DNA of 64,000 nucleotides from Bacteroidales bacterium (GTDB lineage: Bacteria > Bacteroidota > Bacteroidia > Bacteroidales > WCHB1-69): the NCBI GenBank assembly GCA_017525245.1, contig JAFXTE010000025.1:57116-121115 (forward strand). Reading direction: 5' to 3'. Below, one piece after another: positions 38,800 to 46,839 of the stretch. The notes beneath the pieces are model-generated. The model was not told the origin of the DNA. It ran no database searches and saw only the letters and a list, made by a program, of their open reading frames with translations. The translations under genes were made by a program, and so were the position numbers. Numbering within the stretch: the stretch's first letter is position 1; each line of letters opens with the position of its first letter.

Positions 38800-38844
38800 C
38801 GGTTTACGGTTTTTCGATTCCGCAAACCGTAAACCGAAAACCGA
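38800..38844. repeat. 13-bp perfect hairpin built from AAACCGW heptamers
   Basis: CGGTTTACGGTTT (38800-38812) pairs with AAACCGTAAACCG (38824-36). The right arm continues as aaaccgt aaaccga aaaccga. Confidence 0.7.
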
Positions 38845-38875
38845 AAAATATGATATTCGGGTTTATAGAATTGTG

Positions 38876-38883
38876 TATTTTTG
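38876..38883 (+). promoter_or_regulatory. -7 box TAttTTTG for radA
   Basis: tatttttgccgcc lies 19 nt upstream of ATG 38903. Confidence 0.45.
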
Positions 38884-38902
38884 CCGCCTGAAACGAAGCG
38901 TT

Positions 38903-40276
38903 ATGGCGAAGAGCAAAACGATGTACTATTGTAAGAACTGCGGGGCGCAGTCGGCGAAATGGCTGGGCCGCTGCCCCGAATGTAACGAGTGGAACACCTT
39001 TGAGGAAGAGGTGATTCTACAGGAGTCTGCTACCGCTACGAAAGGGCACTATTCGCCCGTAACCGTGCAGAGCATCCCCAAGGTCATTGACGAAATAGAA
39101 CTCACCAAGTTTCCCCGCACCAAAACCGGATTCGCCGAATTTGACCGCGTGTTGGGCGGCGGCATCGTGCGCGGCTCCATCGTCCTTTTGGGCGGCGAAC
39201 CGGGCATCGGCAAATCCACCTTGCTGCTGCAAATGGCTCTGCACCTGCAAGGACAGAAGGTGCTCTATGTCTCAGGGGAGGAGAGCGAGGCGCAGCTCAA
39301 AATGCGTGCCGCAAGACTGTCAAGCAACCCCGCGCCCCACTGTTACGTCCTCACTGAAACCAATACTCAACAGATTTTCAAGCATATAGAAGCATTACAG
39401 CCCGATATTCTCATCGTGGATTCCATCCAAACGATGCAAAGCGACTTGTTGGAATCCGCCTCAGGCTCAATTTCGCAGCTCAAAGAATGCGCCGCCGAGT
39501 TCCAGCACTTCGCCAAACGTACCGCCTGCCCCGTCTTCCTTATCGGCCATATCACGAAGGATGGCTCCCTCGCTGGTCCGAAGCTGTTAGAGCACATCGT
39601 GGATACGGTACTGCAGTTCGAGGGCGACCAGCATTATGGTTACCGCATGGTGCGTTGTATCAAGAACCGCTTCGGATCCACTTCAGAATTGGGCATTTTC
39701 GAGATGCTGCAGGACGGTCTTCGTGAGGTGACAAATCCATCAGAAATCCTTGTCTCCCAGCACGATGAAGACTACAGCGGCAACGCCATCGCCTGCATTC
39801 TGGAAGGGAACCGCCCGATGATGATCGAGACGCAGGCGCTGGTAAGCACGGCGGTGTATGGTACACCGCAACGGTCCGCCACGGGCTACGACATCCGCCG
39901 TATGAACATGCTGCTGGCTGTGCTAGAGAAGCGATGCCGGTTCAAATTGGGCGCCAAAGACGTCTTCCTGAACATCGCCGGCGGACTGCGCGTGGAAGAC
40001 CCCGCCATCAACGTGGCCATCGTGGCCGCCATCCTCTCTTCCGCCACGGACATCGCCCTTGACAACAAGACCTGTTTCGCCGGCGAAATGGGGTTGAGCG
40101 GTGAAGTGCGCCCCGTGACCCGTATCGCCCAGCGCATCGCTGAAGCCGACAAACTCGGCTTCACCCGCATGTTCGTCTCCAAATACAACCTCAAAGGCAT
40201 CCGAACCTCCGACTATAATCTGCAAATCGTGCCGATTGCGAAGGTGGAGGAGATGGCGAGGCTGTTGTTTAATTAG
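38903..40276 (+). CDS. radA: DNA repair protein RadA
   Basis: Zinc finger CKNCG..CPEC, Walker A GGEPGIGKST, the KNRFG motif, and a Lon-protease-like C-terminal domain. The track start at 38756 is an upstream extension through terminator/promoter DNA. Confidence 0.95.
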   Translation: MAKSKTMYYCKNCGAQSAKWLGRCPECNEWNTFEEEVILQESATATKGHYSPVTVQSIPKVIDEIELTKFPRTKTGFAEFDRVLGGGIVRGSIVLLGGEPGIGKSTLLLQMALHLQGQKVLYVSGEESEAQLKMRAARLSSNPAPHCYVLTETNTQQIFKHIEALQPDILIVDSIQTMQSDLLESASGSISQLKECAAEFQHFAKRTACPVFLIGHITKDGSLAGPKLLEHIVDTVLQFEGDQHYGYRMVRCIKNRFGSTSELGIFEMLQDGLREVTNPSEILVSQHDEDYSGNAIACILEGNRPMMIETQALVSTAVYGTPQRSATGYDIRRMNMLLAVLEKRCRFKLGAKDVFLNIAGGLRVEDPAINVAIVAAILSSATDIALDNKTCFAGEMGLSGEVRPVTRIAQRIAEADKLGFTRMFVSKYNLKGIRTSDYNLQIVPIAKVEEMARLLFN

Positions 40277-40293
40277 CAGTTAGTAGTTAGTAG
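40273..40293. repeat. heptamers TTAGCAG TTAGTAG TTAGTAG containing the radA stop codon
   Basis: TAG at 40274-40276 is the radA stop. The same motif occurs at the rseC-like and GH97 stops. Confidence 0.75.
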
Positions 40294-40488
40294 TTGTGTC
40301 GAAAAAGCCACATTATGAAATATAATTCCTTGAACAGCCCCGAAGGGGCAAGACGCGCGAAGCGCTAATAACCCCACACAAGCGCAGCGCAGTGTGGGGC
40401 TTAACACAGGAGATAGGACCGGACTGCGGAGTCAGCGATAACGACAAGCGCAGCGCAGTGTGGGGCTGACAAGGACAAAAGAACAAAT

Positions 40489-40923
40489 ATGAACGAAGAA
40501 AACAACATCTGCCGAGAAGGCATCGTTCGCGCCGTCAATGGTGACGACATCAGCGTGGAAATCATCGTGAGCTCCGCATGCAGCGGCTGCCACGCCAAGA
40601 GCATCTGCATCCCCTCCGACCGCCGGCAGGAGATCATCACCGTGAAAAACACCCGACAAGAAGAGTACCAAGTAGGGGAAACCGTGGAGTTGCTGTTGGA
40701 AACTTCCGCTGGCAACAAAGCGGTGGTGCTGGCCTACGTGCTGCCGCTTATCGTGCTGCTTGTTCTCCTTTTCGTCTGTTACACACTCACCCACAAAGAG
40801 TTGCTGAGTGTAGGAGTCGGCATAACAGGAGTCGTTGTCTATTACCTCATTCTGAAATCTGCAGGTAAATCGGTGGAAAAGGGAATCACATTTGGAATTC
40901 GAAAGAAAAGACGTGATAGTTAG
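40489..40923 (+). CDS. RseC/MucC-family (SoxR-reducing system) membrane protein
   Basis: N-terminal G.V..V.G....V......AC.GCHAKSIC motif, then two TM helices. Confidence 0.7.
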   Translation: MNEENNICREGIVRAVNGDDISVEIIVSSACSGCHAKSICIPSDRRQEIITVKNTRQEEYQVGETVELLLETSAGNKAVVLAYVLPLIVLLVLLFVCYTLTHKELLSVGVGITGVVVYYLILKSAGKSVEKGITFGIRKKRRDS

Positions 40924-40940
40924 TAGTTAGCAGTTTAAAC
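40920..40940. repeat. heptamers TTAGTAG TTAGCAG TTTAAAC containing the rseC-like stop codon
   Basis: TAG at 40921-40923 is the stop. Confidence 0.7.
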
Positions 40941-41101
40941 TATCTACTACATCAATAGTTACATGCATCGCGTCAGAAAATTAACTTAATGTTTGAATAT
41001 AAAAAAAGTTATTTTTGCGCTTTCAAAAAAAAGCCATGTTCGGGTCAAAGAGTTCTGCCCGCAGCAAGGCAATTTGGTATAGAACTCACATTATAAAAAA
41101 A

Positions 41102-41518
41102 ATGAAAAAACTATTCGTTTTATTATTGGGATTAATTACTCTCAATGCGTTTGCGGCCAACGACAGACCTGTCACGTTCCAGCAACTGCCTCAGAAAGCA
41201 CAGCAGTTCATCAATACGCATTTCAGCGGTGTTGAGTTTCTTTCCGCCACGGTGGATGACGACTACGAAGTCTATCTTGGCAATGGCACGAAAGTGGAAT
41301 TCACCCTTCAAGGTGATTGGAAAGAGGTGAAATGCCCCGGTTCCGCTGTTCCCGCCGCCATCATTCCCACTGCTATCTCCAAATATGTGAAAACGAATTT
41401 TCCCAACACGATCATCGTCAAAATCGATAAGAAATACGGCGGTTACGATGTCGAATTGAACACCGACATGGAGCTAAAATTCGACAAAAACGGCAGATTC
41501 CTTACGTACGACGACTAA
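41102..41518 (+). CDS. PepSY-like (beta-lactamase-inhibitor-like) periplasmic protein, paralog 1
   Basis: Signal peptide [18 protein letters not shown] and two PepSY-like half-repeats ([13 protein letters not shown]..., [14 protein letters not shown]...). About 35-40% identical by eye to the next ORF. Confidence 0.65.
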   Translation: MKKLFVLLLGLITLNAFAANDRPVTFQQLPQKAQQFINTHFSGVEFLSATVDDDYEVYLGNGTKVEFTLQGDWKEVKCPGSAVPAAIIPTAISKYVKTNFPNTIIVKIDKKYGGYDVELNTDMELKFDKNGRFLTYDD

Positions 41519-41525
41519 GAGATAA

Positions 41526-41588
41526 GGCAACAGGCAATAGGCAATAGGCAATAGGCAATAGGCAATAGGCAATAGGCAACAGGCAATA
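41526..41588. repeat. nine tandem heptamers GGCAAYA
   Basis: Units are ggcaaca, then (ggcaata)x6, ggcaaca, ggcaata, between the two PepSY-like paralogs. Confidence 0.9.
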
Positions 41589-41653
41589 GTGAATGGTCTA
41601 TGTCAAAGTTTGTCTAGAGTGAATCATTCAGATTAATATTAATATTCTTAACA

Positions 41654-42073
41654 ATGAAAAAATACCTTTTAGTATTGATGAGTTTTATCGCCATGAGCGC
41701 GTTTGTGTCGTGTGACAGGGTCGTGTCTCCCGACAAACTGCCCGCTCAAGCCAAACAGTTCATCACCGCCCATTTCAACGGAGTGGATGTTCTCTCTGTG
41801 CGGAAGGACGGATTCCAATATGATGCAGTATTGTTTGACGGCACGGAACTGGAATTCAGTCACGGTGGCCAATGGATCAAGGTCGATTGTGGTTTGAACC
41901 CGCTGCCCGACGGCATCCTTCCCGCCAACACCGCCAAATATCTTGCCGCCAAATTCCCGATGAATTTCGCCACTCATGTCAAGTACGAACATAAACGCTA
42001 CGAGGTGGAGTTGAACAACGACCTTGATTTAGTTTTTGACAAAAATGGCAATTTCATGGGTGCAGATAATTAA
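41654..42073 (+). CDS. PepSY-like periplasmic lipoprotein, paralog 2
   Basis: Lipoprotein signal MSAFVSC and the same two-half architecture (LPAQAKQFITAHF..., LPANTAKYLAAKFP...). Confidence 0.65.
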   Translation: MKKYLLVLMSFIAMSAFVSCDRVVSPDKLPAQAKQFITAHFNGVDVLSVRKDGFQYDAVLFDGTELEFSHGGQWIKVDCGLNPLPDGILPANTAKYLAAKFPMNFATHVKYEHKRYEVELNNDLDLVFDKNGNFMGADN

Positions 42074-42125
42074 TTCTTATAAAGACTCGCGATTGCGGGT
42101 CTTTTTTTTATGTTCAGATTTTGTG

Positions 42126-42133
42126 TACCTTTG
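42126..42133 (+). promoter_or_regulatory. -7 box TAccTTTG for the M64 peptidase gene
   Basis: tacctttgccg lies 21 nt upstream of ATG 42155. Confidence 0.45.
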
Positions 42134-42154
42134 CCGTCCGAAAAATATATAAAC

Positions 42155-43441
42155 ATGAGAAAGAATATTATTGTACTCCTGATTTTGCTTATGTGCGGTA
42201 TCACGTATGCCAATGCCCAGCATTTCAATGACTATTTTGTAGATAAAACATTGCGGATCAATTATCTGCATATTGGAAACAAAAACACAGAGCGGTTACA
42301 GATCGACCATTTCACGCTGGTGAACCATTGGAACGGCACACGTTCGCAACTGGTTGAACCTTACCACTACGGGGACATCCTCATCGAGGTGCTTGACAAT
42401 GCCTCACAGAAGCTGATTTACAGCCGCAGCTACTCCTGCCTTTTCACGGAGTACCGCACCACGGAGCGCGGCGAGACGGAAATCGCCAGCATGGAAGAAT
42501 GCGTCAACATGCCCATGCCGAAGAATCCGGTTCGTGTGCGACTCACCTCCTTTGACCGCTATCGCAAAGCTACCGTATTGAAAGACACGGTGTTGGATCC
42601 TGGTCATCTTCCTGTTCAGTTGGCGAAGAAGGAGTATGCCGGCATGAATCTTCACAAAGGTAATTCGCCCAAAAAGGCTATCGATATTCTCTTTATCCCC
42701 GATGGCTATGCCAAAAGCGATGCCAAAACACTACGTTACGATATGAAACGTTTCGCCAAATATGTGATGAAGTGTACGCCGTATAAGGAAAATCACCGCC
42801 ATGTGAACATCCGTGCCATCAAGGGCTTTTCGGAACAGTCGGGCATCACACAACCGCAGAACAATTTCTATGTCAACACGTTGCTGAACTGCACCTATAA
42901 CGCCATCGACCTCGACCGCTACCTGATGTGCATGGGTGTTTGGAACCTGCACGAGGTGGCCGACGATGCCCCCTACGATGCCATCATCATCATCTGCAAC
43001 AGCGAGAAATACGGTGGTGGCGGCATCTACAATTTCTATTGTACCGTTTATAACCACGGTGAATATCCTGATTATGTGGTGGTTCACGAGATGGGACACC
43101 TCATCGGAGGACTTGCCGATGAGTACTACACCTCCGAGGTTTCCGTGCAGGACTTCTACCCTGCCGGTATCGAGCCTACGGAGCCCAATCTGACCACGCT
43201 GGTGGATTTCGATTCCAAATGGAAGGACAAAGTGGAAAGCGGCACTCCCATTCCTACGCCGCCTGTCACCAAAAACCATCCCGATTATGACCGAATCGGA
43301 GTCTATGAGGGAGGTGGTTATGTGTCCAAAGGTGTCTATCGCCCATCGCTGCATTGCACGATGAACAGCATCGTTTACAATGACTTCTGCCCTGTTTGTC
43401 GTGAGACGTTGGAGAAGGTGATATGGTATTACAGCCGGTAG
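42155..43441 (+). CDS. M64-family (IgA-peptidase-like) zinc metallopeptidase, secreted
   Basis: Signal peptide MRKNIIVLLILLMCGITYANAQ and zinc motif VVHEMGHLIGGLADEY. Confidence 0.8.
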   Translation: MRKNIIVLLILLMCGITYANAQHFNDYFVDKTLRINYLHIGNKNTERLQIDHFTLVNHWNGTRSQLVEPYHYGDILIEVLDNASQKLIYSRSYSCLFTEYRTTERGETEIASMEECVNMPMPKNPVRVRLTSFDRYRKATVLKDTVLDPGHLPVQLAKKEYAGMNLHKGNSPKKAIDILFIPDGYAKSDAKTLRYDMKRFAKYVMKCTPYKENHRHVNIRAIKGFSEQSGITQPQNNFYVNTLLNCTYNAIDLDRYLMCMGVWNLHEVADDAPYDAIIIICNSEKYGGGGIYNFYCTVYNHGEYPDYVVVHEMGHLIGGLADEYYTSEVSVQDFYPAGIEPTEPNLTTLVDFDSKWKDKVESGTPIPTPPVTKNHPDYDRIGVYEGGGYVSKGVYRPSLHCTMNSIVYNDFCPVCRETLEKVIWYYSR

Positions 43442-43463
43442 AGACGTTTCCTGAAACGTCTCT
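43440..43463. repeat. GAGACG-arm hairpin overlapping the M64 stop codon
   Basis: AGAGACGTTTC-CT-GAAACGTCTCT, with stop TAG at 43439-43441. Confidence 0.7.
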
Positions 43464-43526
43464 CAAACGGCTCTCTATCGTCTCTCAAAGCGTTTCCCCA
43501 AAATGTCTTTATAACGCGATTTTTCG

Positions 43527-43534
43527 TATTTTTG
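43527..43534 (+). promoter_or_regulatory. -7 box TAttTTTG for folD
   Basis: tatttttgcg lies 44 nt upstream of ATG 43579. Confidence 0.4.
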
Positions 43535-43578
43535 CGAATTCTATTCAAACGACAGAAACCATTTATAATCAAAGCATT

Positions 43579-44442
43579 ATGAGAATTATTGATGGAAAAA
43601 TATGCGCACAGCAGGTGAAGGACAAAATTGCCAAGGAGGTGGCTGAAATCAAAGCGAAGGGACAACGTCCCCCGAGACTGGACATTTTCCTTGTCGGCGA
43701 CCGCCTTGACAGCCTTTCCTACGTACATACCAAGGACAAAACCTGCCGCTCGTTAGGCATGGACAGCGTGTTGCACCTCCTGCCTGAAACCACAACGGAG
43801 AGCGAACTGATGGTGATGATTGACGAATGCAACCGCAACGAGGATATCGACGCCATTCTCATCCAGCTTCCCCTACCCGACCACTACAATTCCGCACGGG
43901 TTCTGGACTTCATCGACTACCGTAAAGATGCCGACGGGTTGCACTTGATGAACGTCGGACTGCTGCATTTGGGCGAGCCTTACGTGATGCCTTGTACCCC
44001 GAAAGGGATTCTCACCCTGCTGTCCACCAACAACATACAAGTCGCTGGCGAGCATGTGGTGATGATCGGGCGAAGCCAATTGGTAGGCGAGCCCACCGCA
44101 CAGCTGCTGATCCACAACAATGCCACGGTCACGCTGTGCCACTCCCGTACGAAAAACCTGTCGGAAATCGCACATATCGGGGACATTGTCATTACCGCCG
44201 TCGGCTGCCCGAATCTGCTCCAACCTTACGACTTCAAGCAGGGAGCCGTCCTTATCGATGTGGCCATGAACCGCGTGAACGGCAAATTGCAGGGGGATGT
44301 CTATAGCGAGGAAACCCGGCCGGAATTGGAAAAACGGCTCAGAGCCTGCACCCCCGTCCCCGGCGGCGTGGGACCCATGACCATCGCGATGCTTATGCAG
44401 AACGTGTTGGACATTTATAAATTAAGAATGCATAATGCATAA
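43579..44442 (+). CDS. folD: bifunctional methylenetetrahydrofolate dehydrogenase/cyclohydrolase
   Basis: MRIIDGK.....K..I, ILIQLPLP, TPKGI, GRS.LVG.P, PVPGGVGPMTIAML. Confidence 0.9.
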   Translation: MRIIDGKICAQQVKDKIAKEVAEIKAKGQRPPRLDIFLVGDRLDSLSYVHTKDKTCRSLGMDSVLHLLPETTTESELMVMIDECNRNEDIDAILIQLPLPDHYNSARVLDFIDYRKDADGLHLMNVGLLHLGEPYVMPCTPKGILTLLSTNNIQVAGEHVVMIGRSQLVGEPTAQLLIHNNATVTLCHSRTKNLSEIAHIGDIVITAVGCPNLLQPYDFKQGAVLIDVAMNRVNGKLQGDVYSEETRPELEKRLRACTPVPGGVGPMTIAMLMQNVLDIYKLRMHNA

Positions 44443-44481
44443 TTATGGGAAGGCACTTTTTCTCAAATCAAGTGTCTCTCC

Positions 44482-44871
44482 TCATCGATAACTGATTTTA
44501 TCGGGGACGATGTATGCGCTCGGATAAGTCAATTTTATGGTTTCCAAATCTTTATACGCCTGTAAGCGCGTAAAATAGTTACCCACGCGCACCTTGAAAT
44601 AGGGTTCGTTATAGATGAGGTAGGCTTTTGTGTAAAGAAAGAGATTGTTGAAACTGTTCTTGGCGTATTCTGCCTGGGATTTGGAGTTCACGCCCGAATA
44701 GGCAGCGATTTGGATACGATAGCCGTTGATTTCCCCTACTTTCCGCCAGTTGCTGATATAATCCTCTTGGATTCTAAGAATTTCAGGTTCAATGTCATAA
44801 CGAACTGTACCCTGGGCAAGGGCAAAGCTCCATAACATGGAGAAGAAGAATATGGTCAGAATCTTTTTCAT
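44482..44871 (-). CDS. SPOR-domain protein, exported
   Basis: Signal MKKILTIFFFSMLWSFALAQ from ATG 44871 and a C-terminal SPOR-like block (GYRIQIAAYS...YFKVRVGNY). Confidence 0.65.
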   Translation of the reverse strand: MKKILTIFFFSMLWSFALAQGTVRYDIEPEILRIQEDYISNWRKVGEINGYRIQIAAYSGVNSKSQAEYAKNSFNNLFLYTKAYLIYNEPYFKVRVGNYFTRLQAYKDLETIKLTYPSAYIVPDKISYR

Positions 44872-44971
44872 AATCAACTGGCGGCAAAAATACAAAAATT
44901 ACACAAGCATCACCTTTTTTTCATGAATTTTCAGAAACGCCCCTGTCTATTGCATGTCACCTATGTTATTC

Positions 44972-45532
44972 TCACCCCAACAGGATTTTCACCCCGATAA
45001 GAATCAGCACAATGCCACCCACAGTTTCCGCATACCGGCCGATTTTCGGATTGGTGAATTTCCGCACAAAGGTATAGGCCAAGAACGAAACAACAAACGA
45101 CGTGATGCCTATGGTCAGAAAAGCGCGGGTGACGTGCTCCTCGTGAATCATGGCGAAACTGAACCCCACAGCCAGAGCGTCGATGCTCGTGGCCACAGCC
45201 AGTAAAATGACGTTCTTCCACTTTGTAATATCCAGATGTTCAGTCTGTTCGCTCTCTTCTTTCTTGAAGCTTTCTATCAGCATTTTGCCCCCAATAAACG
45301 CCAGGATACCGAAGGCGATAAATGGGGCGGCTTTTCCTAAGGGCCCCAGGAGCGACTCGCCAAACAACCATCCGATAAGCGGCATTCCTCCCTGAAAAAT
45401 GCCAAAAGCCAGCGAGAATCGCAGCACGTACGCTCGTTTCAGCTCCGGTTGAAGCATCCCGATGACACAGCTGATGGCAAAACAATCCATCGCCAAACTC
45501 AACGACAAGAGCAATAATTCTATCCAACCCAT
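44972..45532 (-). CDS. mntP: manganese efflux pump MntP
   Basis: Two DUF204 halves with SLAMDCFAIS and ATSIDALAVGFSF. ATG at 45532. Confidence 0.8.
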   Translation of the reverse strand: MGWIELLLLSLSLAMDCFAISCVIGMLQPELKRAYVLRFSLAFGIFQGGMPLIGWLFGESLLGPLGKAAPFIAFGILAFIGGKMLIESFKKEESEQTEHLDITKWKNVILLAVATSIDALAVGFSFAMIHEEHVTRAFLTIGITSFVVSFLAYTFVRKFTNPKIGRYAETVGGIVLILIGVKILLG

Positions 45533-45596
45533 GTTCGATACTAAAAAAGTGCGCAAAAGTACACTTTTTTACATAGACTATATCCGTTGACCAAGC

Positions 45597-45645
45597 CCTT
45601 GAACCTTGAACCATAAACTTTGAACTTTGAACCTTGAACTAAAAA
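45597..45645. repeat. seven tandem heptamers YYTTGAA-type in the divergent mntP/oxidoreductase promoter region
   Basis: Units are ccttgaa ccttgaa ccataaa ctttgaa ctttgaa ccttgaa ctaaaaa. Confidence 0.8.
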
Positions 45646-45648
45646 TTG

Positions 45649-45656
45649 TACTTTTG
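45649..45656 (+). promoter_or_regulatory. -7 box TActTTTG for the Gfo/Idh/MocA gene
   Basis: The box lies 27 nt upstream of ATG 45684. A TTTG from the heptamer array sits 19 nt upstream, at the spacing expected for a -33 element. Confidence 0.45.
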
Positions 45657-45683
45657 CAAACTCATTTTTTGACAAGAAAAGAC

Positions 45684-46649
45684 ATGAAGAATTTTGCCGT
45701 TTTCGGAGTGGGCGGTTATGTGGCGCCACGACATTTGAAAGCAATTAAAGAGACTGGAAACCAACTTGTTGCAGCATACGACAAGTCGGATAGTGTGGGG
45801 ATTATAGACAGTTATTTTCCGGAAGCGGCCTTTTTCACAGAAATGGAACTTTTCGACCGTCATGTTTCCAAACTCAAACATACGGTAAACCAGTTGGACA
45901 TCATTTCGGTTTGTACGCCGAACTATTTGCACGACGCGCACACCCGCTATGCACTGCGTTTGGGTACGGATGTCATTTGCGAGAAACCGCTTGTCCTGAA
46001 CCCATGGAATGTGGACGTCTTGCAAAACGTTGAAAATGAGACAGGAAGGAAAGTGTATAATATTTTGCAACTCCGACTGCATCCGGCTATAATCGCATTG
46101 AAAAAGAAAGTGGAGAATGCCCCTCAAGATATCGTGTATGATGTTGATTTAACATATATTACATCTCGCGGATATTGGTATTACACCAGCTGGAAAGGCT
46201 CTGAAAGCAAAAGTGGCGGCATTGCAACCAATATCGGCATCCACTTTTATGACATGCTGTGTCACATTTTCGGCAATGTGCAAGAAAATATCGTTCATAT
46301 TGCCTCCCATGACCGCGTGGCCGGTTTCATCCGCTTTGACAAGGCACGTGTCCGTTACTTTCTGAGTATCAACAGGAAAACGCTTCCCAAAGAAGTGCTT
46401 GAACAAGGTAAATCCACTTTCAGGCAGATTGTTATTGATGGGGAACCGTTTGAATTCAGCGACGGATTCACAGATTTGCACACCGAAAGTTACCGCCGCA
46501 TTCTGGCTGGCGAAGGCTTCGGCTTGAATGAGGTGCGGCCATGCATCCAGATTGTCTATGACATCCGCAACGCCACACCGATCGGACTAAAGGGCGACTA
46601 TCACCCACTGGCTGCACTGCCTTGCGAAAACCATCCATTTTCGAGATGA
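45684..46649 (+). CDS. Gfo/Idh/MocA-family NAD-dependent oxidoreductase (sugar-nucleotide dehydrogenase-like)
   Basis: Rossmann N-terminus MKNFAVFGVGGYVAPRHLKAI and an EKP motif (VICEKPL). Confidence 0.8.
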   Translation: MKNFAVFGVGGYVAPRHLKAIKETGNQLVAAYDKSDSVGIIDSYFPEAAFFTEMELFDRHVSKLKHTVNQLDIISVCTPNYLHDAHTRYALRLGTDVICEKPLVLNPWNVDVLQNVENETGRKVYNILQLRLHPAIIALKKKVENAPQDIVYDVDLTYITSRGYWYYTSWKGSESKSGGIATNIGIHFYDMLCHIFGNVQENIVHIASHDRVAGFIRFDKARVRYFLSINRKTLPKEVLEQGKSTFRQIVIDGEPFEFSDGFTDLHTESYRRILAGEGFGLNEVRPCIQIVYDIRNATPIGLKGDYHPLAALPCENHPFSR

Positions 46650-46778
46650 ATTGCTCTTTTTCCCCTTTTTTCTTCCAAACACGCCTTTTAATTTAACAAC
46701 AATTAGTTAAAATTAAATCCAAATTTTGTAATTTTCAAACACAACTATTTTGTTATTAGCATATTAAAAAAAAGTTTA

Positions 46779-46806
46779 AAAACCACTTGACAAAAGTGGT
46801 TTTTTG
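46779..46806. terminator. bidirectional-type hairpin terminator
   Basis: AAAAACCACTT-gaca-AAGTGGTTTTTT, flanked by an A-run and a T-run. Confidence 0.55.
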
Positions 46807-46809
46807 TTG

Positions 46810-46817
46810 TATTTTTG
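46810..46817 (+). promoter_or_regulatory. -7 box TAttTTTG for the EEP-family gene
   Basis: The box lies 22 nt upstream of ATG 46840. Confidence 0.45.
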
Positions 46818-46839
46818 TCGCAACAAATTGAAGACAAAA

